Assembly (NCBI GenBank): GCA_965232895.1
Contig: OZ247430.1
Coordinates: forward strand, 3,456,122 to 3,520,121
Direction of reading: 5' to 3'
DNA length: 64,000 bases
DNA from: Dehalococcoidia bacterium
Lineage (GTDB): Bacteria; Chloroflexota; Dehalococcoidia; Lucifugimonadales; UBA3495
Positions 35,973 to 44,546 of this stretch are shown here, piece after piece. The notes under the pieces were generated by a model. It was not told the origin of the DNA, searched no databases, and was given only the letters and a program-made list of their open reading frames with translations. Made by a program: the position numbers and the translations under genes. Position 1 is the first letter of the stretch. Every line of letters starts with the position of its first letter.

Positions 35973-38900
35973 TTACGCGGCCTTTGCCGGGTACTCGGTA
36001 CAGCTTTCGTCCTGGAGCAGCAGGTCCTGCACGCGCTGTTGCAGCTCGGCGCACACCGCGGTTGACACCGTGGGGATCTCCATCAGCACCGTGCGTCCTT
36101 CTTTGAGGTTGAGCTCCAGGTAGACCTTGTCATCGCCGGTGTATTCGAGCATGACCCGGATGGCCTGCCGCAGGCGGTACCGGTCCTCGTCCGGCTGGTC
36201 GGTTTCGACCATCCGCACCAGGACTCCGGACTCCCGGTGTCCGTTGGAGGGTGCGGCGGGAGATGGTGCAGGCGCGGGCTTGCTGCCGTTGGACCGCGGA
36301 CTTTTGGCGCCATTGCCGGGGTTCGGGGCCGTCGGCTTGCTCGCGGACTCCGGCGCGGTCTGGCCCGCCGGAGCCTGCGGAGCATTTTCCGGCAGCTCGT
36401 ACTCCTGGGCCTCGTAGCAGGCGATGGAGAAGTCGTCACCGCGTATCTGAAGGCGGCCCGTTACGCGCGCCACGCGGCCCTGTTGCCAGACGTGCGCCGT
36501 CTTTTCCAGCGAGTCGGGCCAGACCATCGCCTCCACCTGTCCGCCCACCATGGCCAGGTCCACCCGCAGGAACTTGCGATTGTCCCGGGTGTAGCGTTCG
36601 GTGACGGCGGCGATGTGCCCCAGGAGGGTCACCGTGCTGCTGAGCATCTCTTCGTCCAACTGGTCCACCGAGTTGTAGGCGTCGCCCGGGGTGATGGCGG
36701 CCAGGGCCAGCAGTGGGTTGTACGACAGCGCGACCCCGAGGTACTCCTTTTCCAGGTTGGCTTTTTCCTGGGGAGTGTAGTCGTCGTGGGACGTGTCCAA
36801 CTCCAGCAGCGTGCCGCCGGCGCCGCTGTCCATCTCCTCGCCGAACATGCCGAACTGTCCGGAGTTGCGGTTCCGCGTTTCCTGTTGCGCCAGCGCCCAG
36901 ATGCGGTCCAGGTTGCCGATCACCGTTGCCCGGGGCTCCAGCGAATCGAAGGCCCCGGCCTTGGCCAGACCTTCCAGGGTTCGCCGGTTCAGGCCGGAAA
37001 CGTCCACCCGGCGGCAGAAATCGGTGATCGACGCGTAGGGTCCCTTGGCAACGCGCTCGGTAACGATCGGAGTGATGGCCGCCTCGCCCACGGTCTTGAT
37101 GGCAGCCAGCCCGATGCGCAGCTTGCCGCTTTGAGTGCGGTCGCCCGGCGTGTCGATGGTGTAGTGGATGCCGGAACTGTTCACGTCGGGCAACTCGATC
37201 CCGATGCCCATGCGCGTGCATTCGTTGATCGAGGCAACGTAGCGGTCGCCGTGGTCCAGCCGGCAGTTGAGCACCGAGGCCATGTACTCCAGCGGGTAAT
37301 GGGTCTTGAAGTAAGCGGTCCAGTAGGAGATCAGCCCGTAGCTGACGCTGTGGGCCTTGTTGAAGGCGTATCCGGCGAAAGGCTCGATCAGGTTGAAGAT
37401 CTCCGCGCCCATCTGCTGGCTGTAGCCCTGCTGCACCGCGCCGGACACGAACCGTTCGCGCTCCTCGGCCATCAGTTCCGGGATCTTCTTTCCCATGGCC
37501 TTGCGGACGGTGTCCGCCTCGCCCAGGGAATAGCCGGCGAAGTTCTGCAAGACGTGCAGAACCTGGTCCTGGTAAACGATCACGCCGTAGGTCTCGTCCA
37601 GCAACTCCTGCATGCTGGGGTGCGGATACGTGACCTGCTCCTTGCCGTGCTTGGAGCGAATGAACCGGTCGATGTGCTCCATCGGGCCCGGGCGGTAGAG
37701 GGCGATCATTGCCGCGATGTCGCCCAGATCAGATGGCTTGAGTTCCTTGATGTACCGCTGCATGCCGGCGCTTTCCAGTTGGAACAGGTCGGTGGTGTTG
37801 CCGGTGCCCAGCAGTTCGTAGGTGGCTTCGTCGTCCAGCGTCAGCCGGCTCAGGTCGATGCGGATGCCGCGTTCCTCGTCCAGCAGCTTGATGGTGCGAT
37901 CCAGGATGGTGAGGTTGGTCAGGCCCAGGAAGTCCATCTTGAGGAGGCCCAGCTTGGCCACCGGGTCCATGGAATACTGGGTCATCATCACCGGGCTGTT
38001 CTCGTCCCCCCGTGCCGGACGCTGCAGCGGGACCGTTTCCGTCAGGGGCTCGTCAGCAATCAGCACGCCCGCGGCGTGGGTGCTGACGTGGTGGACGATG
38101 CCTTCCAGCGCCTGGGCGTTGTCCACCAGATCCCGGATCGCCGCGTCGCGCGCGTAGGTGTCCGACATTTCGGGGTTGGCGGTCATGGCGTCCGCGATGG
38201 TTCGGGACTTGAAGGGAACCATCCGGGCGATGCGGTCGACGTCGCCGTAACTCATGCCCAACCCGCGACCGACGTCGCGCAGGGCCGCCTTGGGCCCCAT
38301 GGTTCCAAAGGTAATGATCTGGGCAACCCGATCGCTGCCGTACCGGTCGATGACGTAACGGAGCACCTCATCGCGACGGTCGTCCTGGAAGTCCATGTCG
38401 ATGTCGGGCATTTCCTTACGCTCGAAGTTCAGGAAACGCTCGAACACCAGGTTGTACCGCATCGGGTCGATATCGGTGATGCCCAGGCAGTACAGCACCA
38501 CGCTGGCTGCGGCGCTCCCCCGCACGCCGAACAGGATTTGCTGCTTGCGGACGAACGAGATGATGTCCCACACCACCAGGAAGTAGTTGGCGAAACTGGT
38601 CTGCCGCACGACCTCCAGCTCATACTCCATGCGGGCGCGGGCAGCGTCGTTGTTGATCCCGTACCGCTGGTTGAAACCCTCCCAGCAGATGCGCCCCAGG
38701 TAGGCGTCCGCGTCCTCGTTGTTGGGCGTGGGATACCGGGGAAGGTGCATCTGCCCGAACCCCAGCGACACGTTGCACTGCTGCGCCACCTCGCCGGTGA
38801 TGTCCACAGCCTGCGGGAAGTCGTGGAACAGCGCGGCCATCTCGTCGGCGGACCTGATGTAGTACGACGAATCCTCCATCCGCAGGCGTTTGTCATCCAT

Positions 38901-39581
38901 CACGTTGGTGCCGGTCTGGATGCAGATATACACGTCCTGGTACTGGTAGTCGGACTGGCGGACGTAATGGGCGTCGTTGGTTACCAGGAGGGGTACGCCG
39001 GTTTCCCGGTTCAGGCGAACCAGGCCATCATTGATCCGGGGCAACTGCTCAATATGCTCGTGCCGCTGCAATTCCAGGAAGTAGTTTTCGCCGAACAGCT
39101 CGCGATACCAGCCGACCATCTGCTTGGCGTCCTGGTAGTTGCCGTCGGCCAGCAGGGTCGGCACCTCGGCGGAGGGGCACCCGGACAGGCAGATCAACCC
39201 GCTGCGGTGCCGATCGATCAACTCCTTGTCGATGCGGGGCCGGTAATGGAAACCTTCCAGGTGGGAGAGGGTCACCAGCTGCAGCAGGTTGCGGTACCCG
39301 GTGTTGTCCCTGGCGATGAGCACCAGGTGGTTGGCGGTGCGCTCGTTGGGAGTGCGGTCATGCCGGCTGCCGTGGGCAACGTAGAACTCGCAGCCGATGA
39401 TCGGCTTGATCCCGGCTTCCTTGCATTCGGAGTAGAAATCGACCACGCCATACAGCGAACCGTGGTCGGTGATGCTCATGGCGTCCATGTCCAGCTCGCG
39501 CGTCCGGTTCACCAGATCCGGGATGCGACTGATGCCATCGAGCATGCTGTATTCGGTGTGTGTATGCAGGTGAGTGAACAC
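35973..39581 (-). CDS. dnaE: DNA polymerase III alpha subunit
   Basis: MFTHLHTHTEYSMLDG (PHP domain)...FLGLTNLT...; 1202 aa. Confidence 0.97.
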   Translation of the reverse strand: MFTHLHTHTEYSMLDGISRIPDLVNRTRELDMDAMSITDHGSLYGVVDFYSECKEAGIKPIIGCEFYVAHGSRHDRTPNERTANHLVLIARDNTGYRNLLQLVTLSHLEGFHYRPRIDKELIDRHRSGLICLSGCPSAEVPTLLADGNYQDAKQMVGWYRELFGENYFLELQRHEHIEQLPRINDGLVRLNRETGVPLLVTNDAHYVRQSDYQYQDVYICIQTGTNVMDDKRLRMEDSSYYIRSADEMAALFHDFPQAVDITGEVAQQCNVSLGFGQMHLPRYPTPNNEDADAYLGRICWEGFNQRYGINNDAARARMEYELEVVRQTSFANYFLVVWDIISFVRKQQILFGVRGSAAASVVLYCLGITDIDPMRYNLVFERFLNFERKEMPDIDMDFQDDRRDEVLRYVIDRYGSDRVAQIITFGTMGPKAALRDVGRGLGMSYGDVDRIARMVPFKSRTIADAMTANPEMSDTYARDAAIRDLVDNAQALEGIVHHVSTHAAGVLIADEPLTETVPLQRPARGDENSPVMMTQYSMDPVAKLGLLKMDFLGLTNLTILDRTIKLLDEERGIRIDLSRLTLDDEATYELLGTGNTTDLFQLESAGMQRYIKELKPSDLGDIAAMIALYRPGPMEHIDRFIRSKHGKEQVTYPHPSMQELLDETYGVIVYQDQVLHVLQNFAGYSLGEADTVRKAMGKKIPELMAEERERFVSGAVQQGYSQQMGAEIFNLIEPFAGYAFNKAHSVSYGLISYWTAYFKTHYPLEYMASVLNCRLDHGDRYVASINECTRMGIGIELPDVNSSGIHYTIDTPGDRTQSGKLRIGLAAIKTVGEAAITPIVTERVAKGPYASITDFCRRVDVSGLNRRTLEGLAKAGAFDSLEPRATVIGNLDRIWALAQQETRNRNSGQFGMFGEEMDSGAGGTLLELDTSHDDYTPQEKANLEKEYLGVALSYNPLLALAAITPGDAYNSVDQLDEEMLSSTVTLLGHIAAVTERYTRDNRKFLRVDLAMVGGQVEAMVWPDSLEKTAHVWQQGRVARVTGRLQIRGDDFSIACYEAQEYELPENAPQAPAGQTAPESASKPTAPNPGNGAKSPRSNGSKPAPAPSPAAPSNGHRESGVLVRMVETDQPDEDRYRLRQAIRVMLEYTGDDKVYLELNLKEGRTVLMEIPTVSTAVCAELQQRVQDLLLQDESCTEYPAKAA

Positions 39582-39677
39582 GATTGAGAACCTGTTATTG
39601 GTTAAGGATTGAAGATATGGTGGGTAGGGAATGATAGCAGGGGGCGGTTCGCCGCGCTATTACCCGGAACGATTACC

Positions 39678-39840
39678 CAGGGCAATAGCATATGAAATTA
39701 TGGCTTCGTCACTCCGGCGAAAGCCGGAGGCCACAGGTCCTATGGTGAAAGAATGTGCGGCATGGTTGACGATTTCGGTCACTGGATTCCGGCTTGCGCC
39801 GGAATGACGACACTAAAATCGCTCATACGCGATTGCCCTG
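39678..39840. mobile_element. 163-bp MITE, copy 2, flanked by a 10-bp direct repeat AACGATTACC
   Basis: TIRs cagggcaatagcatatg / catacgcgattgccctg. aacgattacc occurs at 39668..39677 and again at 39841..39850. Confidence 0.8.
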
Positions 39841-39943
39841 AACGATTACCGCGATGCCCCGAGGCTTTGCGCCGCAGGGTGGACTTGTGGCTCGCCGTTA
39901 ATCGCAAAGGCGGGCCACTGCTGAACCGGAGTCCTGGCGGAGC

Positions 39944-40384
39944 CTACCCCGGAATTTGCCTGGCGAGGTCGGCAACGCGGGCTACGGTGGAGAGAGGTGG
40001 AATGACGCCGGGCGGGGTTGGCGTGTTGGCAACCCGGAGCAGCTCCGCTACCGGGATGCGGAGCTGCCGGTGCAGGGTCTCCGCCATCGCCAGCGTCATC
40101 TCCTGTTCGCCGGCCAGTAATTCTTCAATATCGCCCTGGTCGCCCAGCAGTTGATTGATAGCCTGTACCGTCCAGCCCTTTTCCTCAACCCAGAACCGAA
40201 TGAGTGCCCGGCCTTCGGGGACGGGCATCGGAATGTTGCGATACTCGTAGAGCAGAACCAGGTCAACCAGGAGGTCGAGCTCTTCATCCTCCGGAGTGTC
40301 AGGTTCGGCATCCATCAGAATTTCAATGCGAGCCAATGCCGCTTCGTATTCCTCTTCGGTCCGGACTGGCTTGATATTACACAT
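39944..40384 (-). CDS. higA: HigA-family antitoxin (HTH)
   Basis: TEEEYEAALARIEILMDAEPDTPEDEELDLL followed by an HTH-like C-domain. Lies 3 nt downstream of higB. Confidence 0.75.
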   Translation of the reverse strand: MCNIKPVRTEEEYEAALARIEILMDAEPDTPEDEELDLLVDLVLLYEYRNIPMPVPEGRALIRFWVEEKGWTVQAINQLLGDQGDIEELLAGEQEMTLAMAETLHRQLRIPVAELLRVANTPTPPGVIPPLSTVARVADLARQIPG

Positions 40385-40387
40385 TCC

Positions 40388-40681
40388 CTAAACCTCCGCG
40401 GCGTTGATACGGTCGTACTCGGTGTGGCTGCCGATAAAGCGGATGTAAACTGCTCGCCGCCTGTAATTGATATTGACTACTAATCGATAGTCGTTGCCTT
40501 TGATGTTGAACACTACCCGGTTGCCAGCAATGATACTCGCGTTGGCGAATTGAGCCCTCACTGCTGCCGGTGTATCCCAGTTTGCATCGTCAGCATCCTG
40601 ATACCAACTGCGCAAGGGCCGTTCTGCATCAGCATGGCGCTCCCAAAATTCGCGCAATGTCCTCTTGGAGAAGACCCTCAT
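40388..40681 (-). CDS. higB: HigB-family toxin (mRNA interferase)
   Basis: MRVFSKRTLREFWERH...VVFNIKGNDYRLVVNINYRRRAVYIRFIGSHTEYDRI is the HigB_toxin pattern. Confidence 0.85.
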   Translation of the reverse strand: MRVFSKRTLREFWERHADAERPLRSWYQDADDANWDTPAAVRAQFANASIIAGNRVVFNIKGNDYRLVVNINYRRRAVYIRFIGSHTEYDRINAAEV

Positions 40682-40750
40682 CGTAGCGCCGGGTTCCAGT
40701 GGCTGGAATTGCGAAGCGCCATATCTACTGGCCTCGGTTCTCCGGTGCGA

Positions 40751-41824
40751 TCAGCCCGGGATCTCTATCTTCTCCGTCACCACGCGGGTCACTCCCCAAC
40801 CGGCGAGCCAGGCGGAGTGACGGCCGTCGCCCCCGGCTACCACCACTACGATGTCGTCGACCTGCGGCGCTATCGGCACCATGGTATTCGGGTCGTCATC
40901 ATTAACCCAATCCGGGTAGTTGCGGTTGCCCCAGTGTCCCAGGCCCGACAGGTCGGCGATGGACATGCGCGCGTTGGCGAACACGTACTCGCGAACGTCC
41001 TGCTTGGTGAACCCGTCCGCCGCGATTTCCGCCGCGTGCTCCGGGCTCAGCACCAGCGTCACCTGCGCCCCGGTTCCGATCTGGTAGTAATTCGAAAAGC
41101 CGGTGGCCCGGGTCCCTTGCACCAGCGTGCGGAGCACTTCGGTTCCGGTGGATACCGTCGTCTCCATGATCGGGTAGAAGCCCCTGATGGCGTGGAGGGT
41201 CACCATGCTGTCTTCGGGATCGAGCCCCAGCTCCACGTGCCTCGGCTCCCACGGGCTGCGCGCCTCGTTCTCCGCGAAGCAGAAAGAGTACCTGCCAGGC
41301 ATGGCCAGGGTGGCCTTGTCCATGTCGCCGATGATGAGACCGGCTACGTTGCGCACGAACAGGCGCAGCGCCCGGCCGATGGTAGCGTTGGCCCGGTAGC
41401 CCGGCCCGAACGCCCCGGAATCGCCGTTGATGCCCAGGCGCTCGGCAATCGGGCCGTTCACGATCACCACCGGCGCGGCGCCGCCCGTGGTGGCCTGGCA
41501 CCCGGCCAGGTTGAACGACGTTTGCAGGGCCGCCTTCACGCACGCCACCACCACCGGAAAATACTCGGGCCGGCACCCGGCCATCACCGCGTTGATCGCG
41601 ACCTTCTCGATGGTGACCACCGAGTTGGACGGCTGCGCGATCCCCAAGGACAGGGCCGGGTCCTCGCCCCAAGGCCCTAGCATGCGCTGGACCGCATCTT
41701 CCGTGGCCGGAACGACGGGCATACCGTCAGTCCATCCCTGCTCTTCGTAGTAGTCCTGGATCGCGTCGTAGGAGTCAGGCACGTCGATGCGTCGCGAGTT
41801 CAAGGCTCGACTGTTGCTTGTCAT
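40751..41824 (-). CDS. Conserved protein of unknown function, partner B (paralog of 28775..29776)
   Basis: QGWTDGMPVVPAT, VAINAVMAGCRPEYFPVV and RANATIGRALRL align with partner A. ATG 41824 was chosen inside ORF 40751..41929. Confidence 0.7.
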   Translation of the reverse strand: MTSNSRALNSRRIDVPDSYDAIQDYYEEQGWTDGMPVVPATEDAVQRMLGPWGEDPALSLGIAQPSNSVVTIEKVAINAVMAGCRPEYFPVVVACVKAALQTSFNLAGCQATTGGAAPVVIVNGPIAERLGINGDSGAFGPGYRANATIGRALRLFVRNVAGLIIGDMDKATLAMPGRYSFCFAENEARSPWEPRHVELGLDPEDSMVTLHAIRGFYPIMETTVSTGTEVLRTLVQGTRATGFSNYYQIGTGAQVTLVLSPEHAAEIAADGFTKQDVREYVFANARMSIADLSGLGHWGNRNYPDWVNDDDPNTMVPIAPQVDDIVVVVAGGDGRHSAWLAGWGVTRVVTEKIEIPG

Positions 41825-42590
41825 AACGTTCACTCTTCTGAAGTGGATTTTGTGGTTCGTCGCGTGTGTACAGGTCCGCAACGACGCCGAAATGGTCGGA
41901 TAGCCGCCGGTCCCCGTCCGTGTTGTCAATCGTCGTCAGTGAGCCGGCGGACAGATCGCCGCTGATGGCGATGTGATCGATTGCGCGCCGCCCCCGCAAT
42001 CCAAGCCCGGCAGTGGCTATGGTCAAGCCCGGCGTTGGTCCGGCAAGCATGGTCTCTTGCAATTCGGCGCGCACCGGATTGAGTAGTGGCGGAAATGGGC
42101 GTCGTCGTTGTCCGATCTGTTGGTTGAAGTCGCCCGTCAGGACGACCGGGTATGACGCTTTGCGGTTTAGAATCGAAGCCAAGCCTTTGAGATACGTGGA
42201 ATGTTCTTCCCACGGTCGTTTGTCCCTGGATCCCACGTTCACGTTGGCGTTGTGCCAGGGGATGCAGACCCCGATTACCATCACGTCGCCAATCGAGGTT
42301 CGGGTGATCCCGGACACGAACCGTCCGGGCGGCATTGCGGAGTCGCCAGACCAGTCTATGTTTCGCCAGGGGTGACGCGACCAGAGCAGGACCTTGCGCC
42401 GCCCTTGAATCACGGGACCCCCGGAGTAGGGTTGCGGCCAGATCGAGTAGCCGCATCCCGCGAGCAGATTCTTGCTTGTCTCCGTGAGGCAGATCACCTC
42501 GGGATCATGGCTCGCAATGCGGCGCAAAACTTCTGGGCTACGCGCCGCAGCGGGCGTAGCCCATTGAACATTCCAGTTGACCACTTTCAT
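41775..42590 (-). CDS. Endonuclease/exonuclease/phosphatase (EEP) family protein
   Basis: MKVVNWNVQW...VICLTE...VLTGDFN...DHIAISGD...SDHFGV. Confidence 0.8.
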   Translation of the reverse strand: MKVVNWNVQWATPAAARSPEVLRRIASHDPEVICLTETSKNLLAGCGYSIWPQPYSGGPVIQGRRKVLLWSRHPWRNIDWSGDSAMPPGRFVSGITRTSIGDVMVIGVCIPWHNANVNVGSRDKRPWEEHSTYLKGLASILNRKASYPVVLTGDFNQQIGQRRRPFPPLLNPVRAELQETMLAGPTPGLTIATAGLGLRGRRAIDHIAISGDLSAGSLTTIDNTDGDRRLSDHFGVVADLYTRDEPQNPLQKSERYDKQQSSLELATHRRA

Positions 42591-42625
42591 GTTGAAAGCG
42601 GCTGGCTATCCGACGCGACCGGGGT

Positions 42626-43165
42626 TTACTTCCCGTTGGTCAGCATCTCGGCGATCCGGCCGGCGTAGTCGTGCGCCAGTTGCTGCACGTCCGGTATTGA
42701 CCGCGAAGCCAGCGGGCTGGGCAGAGCCAGGATCTGAACGCCAGGCATTCCCAGCGAGGAGGCGCGGGCGTACGCGGCCCGGGTGAAACTCTCGGTGATT
42801 ACGCTCACAGACGGGACGCCGCGGGTTTCGGTAACTACTGTGTCGTGGAGACCCCACGCCGTGCAGCTCCCTCAATCCGCGATTCCGTGCACCACCGCAT
42901 CGCACTGCTCGATCAGTTCTTCGATGGTCTCGTCGGAGCAGGGAGCGCTGAAGCTGAACTTGCGCAGGTACACCACCTTCTCGACGGCATACTCCTCCTC
43001 CAGGATGACCTGAAGCTCCTGCAGGAAGTTGTCGGAATGGTACTTGCGGTTTTCCAGCAGGCCGATGGTCTTGCCGGAGAGGCTGGGCAACCGGTCGGTC
43101 GCCGCGCGCTCCTCGGTTTTTTGCTCCGGACGCGGGTCCAGTATCTGGATGGTTGCAGTCGTCAT
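42626..43165 (-). CDS. UGSC-motif selenoprotein, paralog B (in-frame UGA at 42872..42874)
   Basis: ORFs 42872..43195 and 42626..42808 share a frame. Read-through gives ...AVVHGIAD-U-GSCTAWGLHDTVV... ATG 43165 follows a GGAGG RBS. Confidence 0.72.
42844..42858 (-). promoter_or_regulatory. Candidate SECIS-like hairpin (CGUGGG-GUC-UCCACG)
   Basis: Starts 14 nt after the UGA, the same offset as in locus A. Stem positions 5 and 6 covary relative to locus A. Confidence 0.4.
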
Positions 43166-43192
43166 GATTCCTCCGATTATTCTTTCAACCGC

Positions 43193-43217
43193 CATTCTCG
43201 TGAAAGCGGGAATCCAG
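43193..43217. repeat. Degenerate REP-like hairpin (cattctcgtgaaagcgggaatccag)
   Basis: Same family as 11311..11330 and the MITE hairpins. Lies in the spacer between the GuaB3-like gene and the UGSC-B gene. Confidence 0.45.
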
Positions 43218-43220
43218 AGT

Positions 43221-44357
43221 TTATCCCAGCATCTGATAGTGCTTGCCCTCGGTTTTGATGGCCGGGGCGATGACCATTTCGGTCTTGTGGAAATCGCGGA
43301 CGGTGTACGCGCCGCACATGCCCATGGCCACCCGCAAGGCGCCGACGAGGTTCTGGGTTCCGTTGGTGACGCTGGACGGCCCGTGCATCAACTGCTTCAG
43401 GGAGCCCTTGGTGCCGACGTTGATGCGCGTGCCCCGGGGCAGTTCGGGGTGTGCGTTCGCCATGCCCCAGTTGTAGCCGCGGCCCGGAGCCTCCGCCGCC
43501 TGCGCAAAGGGTGTGCCCAGCATCACTCCGTCAGCTCCGCTGGCTATCGCCTTGCAAACGTCGCCGCCGGTCCGCAGTCCGCCGTCAGTGATCACGCTGA
43601 CGTACCGCCCGGTGCGCTGGAAGTAGTCCTCCCGGGCCGCCGCGCATTCCAGGGTTGCGGTCACCTGCGGTACGCCGACCCCGGTCACCTCGCGGGTGGT
43701 GCAGGCCGCGCCCGGGCCGACCCCGACCAGCACGGCATCGATCCCAGTTTCCATCAACTCGCTGGCTACGCTGTAGCTGACGCAGTTCCCGACCACCACC
43801 GGAACATCGAGCGATTCGATCAACTCGGCAAAGATGAGACCCCGGTAACTGCGGGACATGTGCCGAGCGGTGGTTACGGTGGATTGCACCACGATGATAT
43901 CGGCGCCGGCCTCGACGGCCATCGGGCTCAGCCGCTTGGTGGTCTGGGGCGTGAACGCGATGGCGGCGATGGATCCAGTCTGCTTGATTTCCTGGACACG
44001 CTCGCCGATGAGGTGATCCTGGACCGGCTGGCTGTAAACTTCTTGCAGGTACTCCGTGACCTCGGCCTGGTCCATGGAGATGATTTCCTCCAGGACCGAA
44101 TACGGATCTTCGTAGCGCGTGTACAGGCCCTCGCCGTTGAGCACCCCCAGACCGCCCATTTCGTGCATCAGGGTGGCGAATCGGGGAGACACGGATCCGT
44201 CCATGGCTGAGGCCATCACCGGAGCGTCGAAAGAGTATTGGCCGATGCTCATTTTCGTGGACGTCATTTCCGGGTTGATTGTGACATCGCCCGGGACGAT
44301 CGCGACTTCATCAAAGCCATAGGATCGTTCCAGTTCTTTGAGCAAACGCCTGACCAT
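43221..44357 (-). CDS. GuaB3-type IMP dehydrogenase-related protein
   Basis: [12 protein letters not shown]...MASAMDG...[20 protein letters not shown]; 378 aa, no CBS insert. Confidence 0.85.
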   Translation of the reverse strand: MVRRLLKELERSYGFDEVAIVPGDVTINPEMTSTKMSIGQYSFDAPVMASAMDGSVSPRFATLMHEMGGLGVLNGEGLYTRYEDPYSVLEEIISMDQAEVTEYLQEVYSQPVQDHLIGERVQEIKQTGSIAAIAFTPQTTKRLSPMAVEAGADIIVVQSTVTTARHMSRSYRGLIFAELIESLDVPVVVGNCVSYSVASELMETGIDAVLVGVGPGAACTTREVTGVGVPQVTATLECAAAREDYFQRTGRYVSVITDGGLRTGGDVCKAIASGADGVMLGTPFAQAAEAPGRGYNWGMANAHPELPRGTRINVGTKGSLKQLMHGPSSVTNGTQNLVGALRVAMGMCGAYTVRDFHKTEMVIAPAIKTEGKHYQMLG

Positions 44358-44491
44358 TGTGTCACCTCAAAGCTTGCCGTGAAGGATGTCGAACTATAGT
44401 GAAAGGCCGCATTAACCGTCAACCCAAATGCGGGTTAGACACGAAAATCCGACGGGGGAACCATTCCAATTGATCAGTAATTCTAGCATTC

Positions 44492-44517
44492 GGGGGCGCC
44501 TTTTTCAGGGCGCCCCC
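44492..44517. terminator. Strong GC hairpin downstream of clpC (possible terminator)
   Basis: gggggcgcc / ggcgccccc is a 9-bp stem with loop tttttcag. The T-rich tract is on the plus strand only. Confidence 0.4.
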
Positions 44518-44546
44518 GGTTGTTTTCTTCGACCGTGCGTCGCGGA

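Noticed and set aside
36237-39587. 1116-aa ORF on the plus strand
   Set aside because: It is exactly antisense to dnaE. Its translation is Arg/Gly/His/Val-rich low-complexity sequence with no motifs. This is the usual stop-codon-poor antisense artefact of GC-rich DNA.
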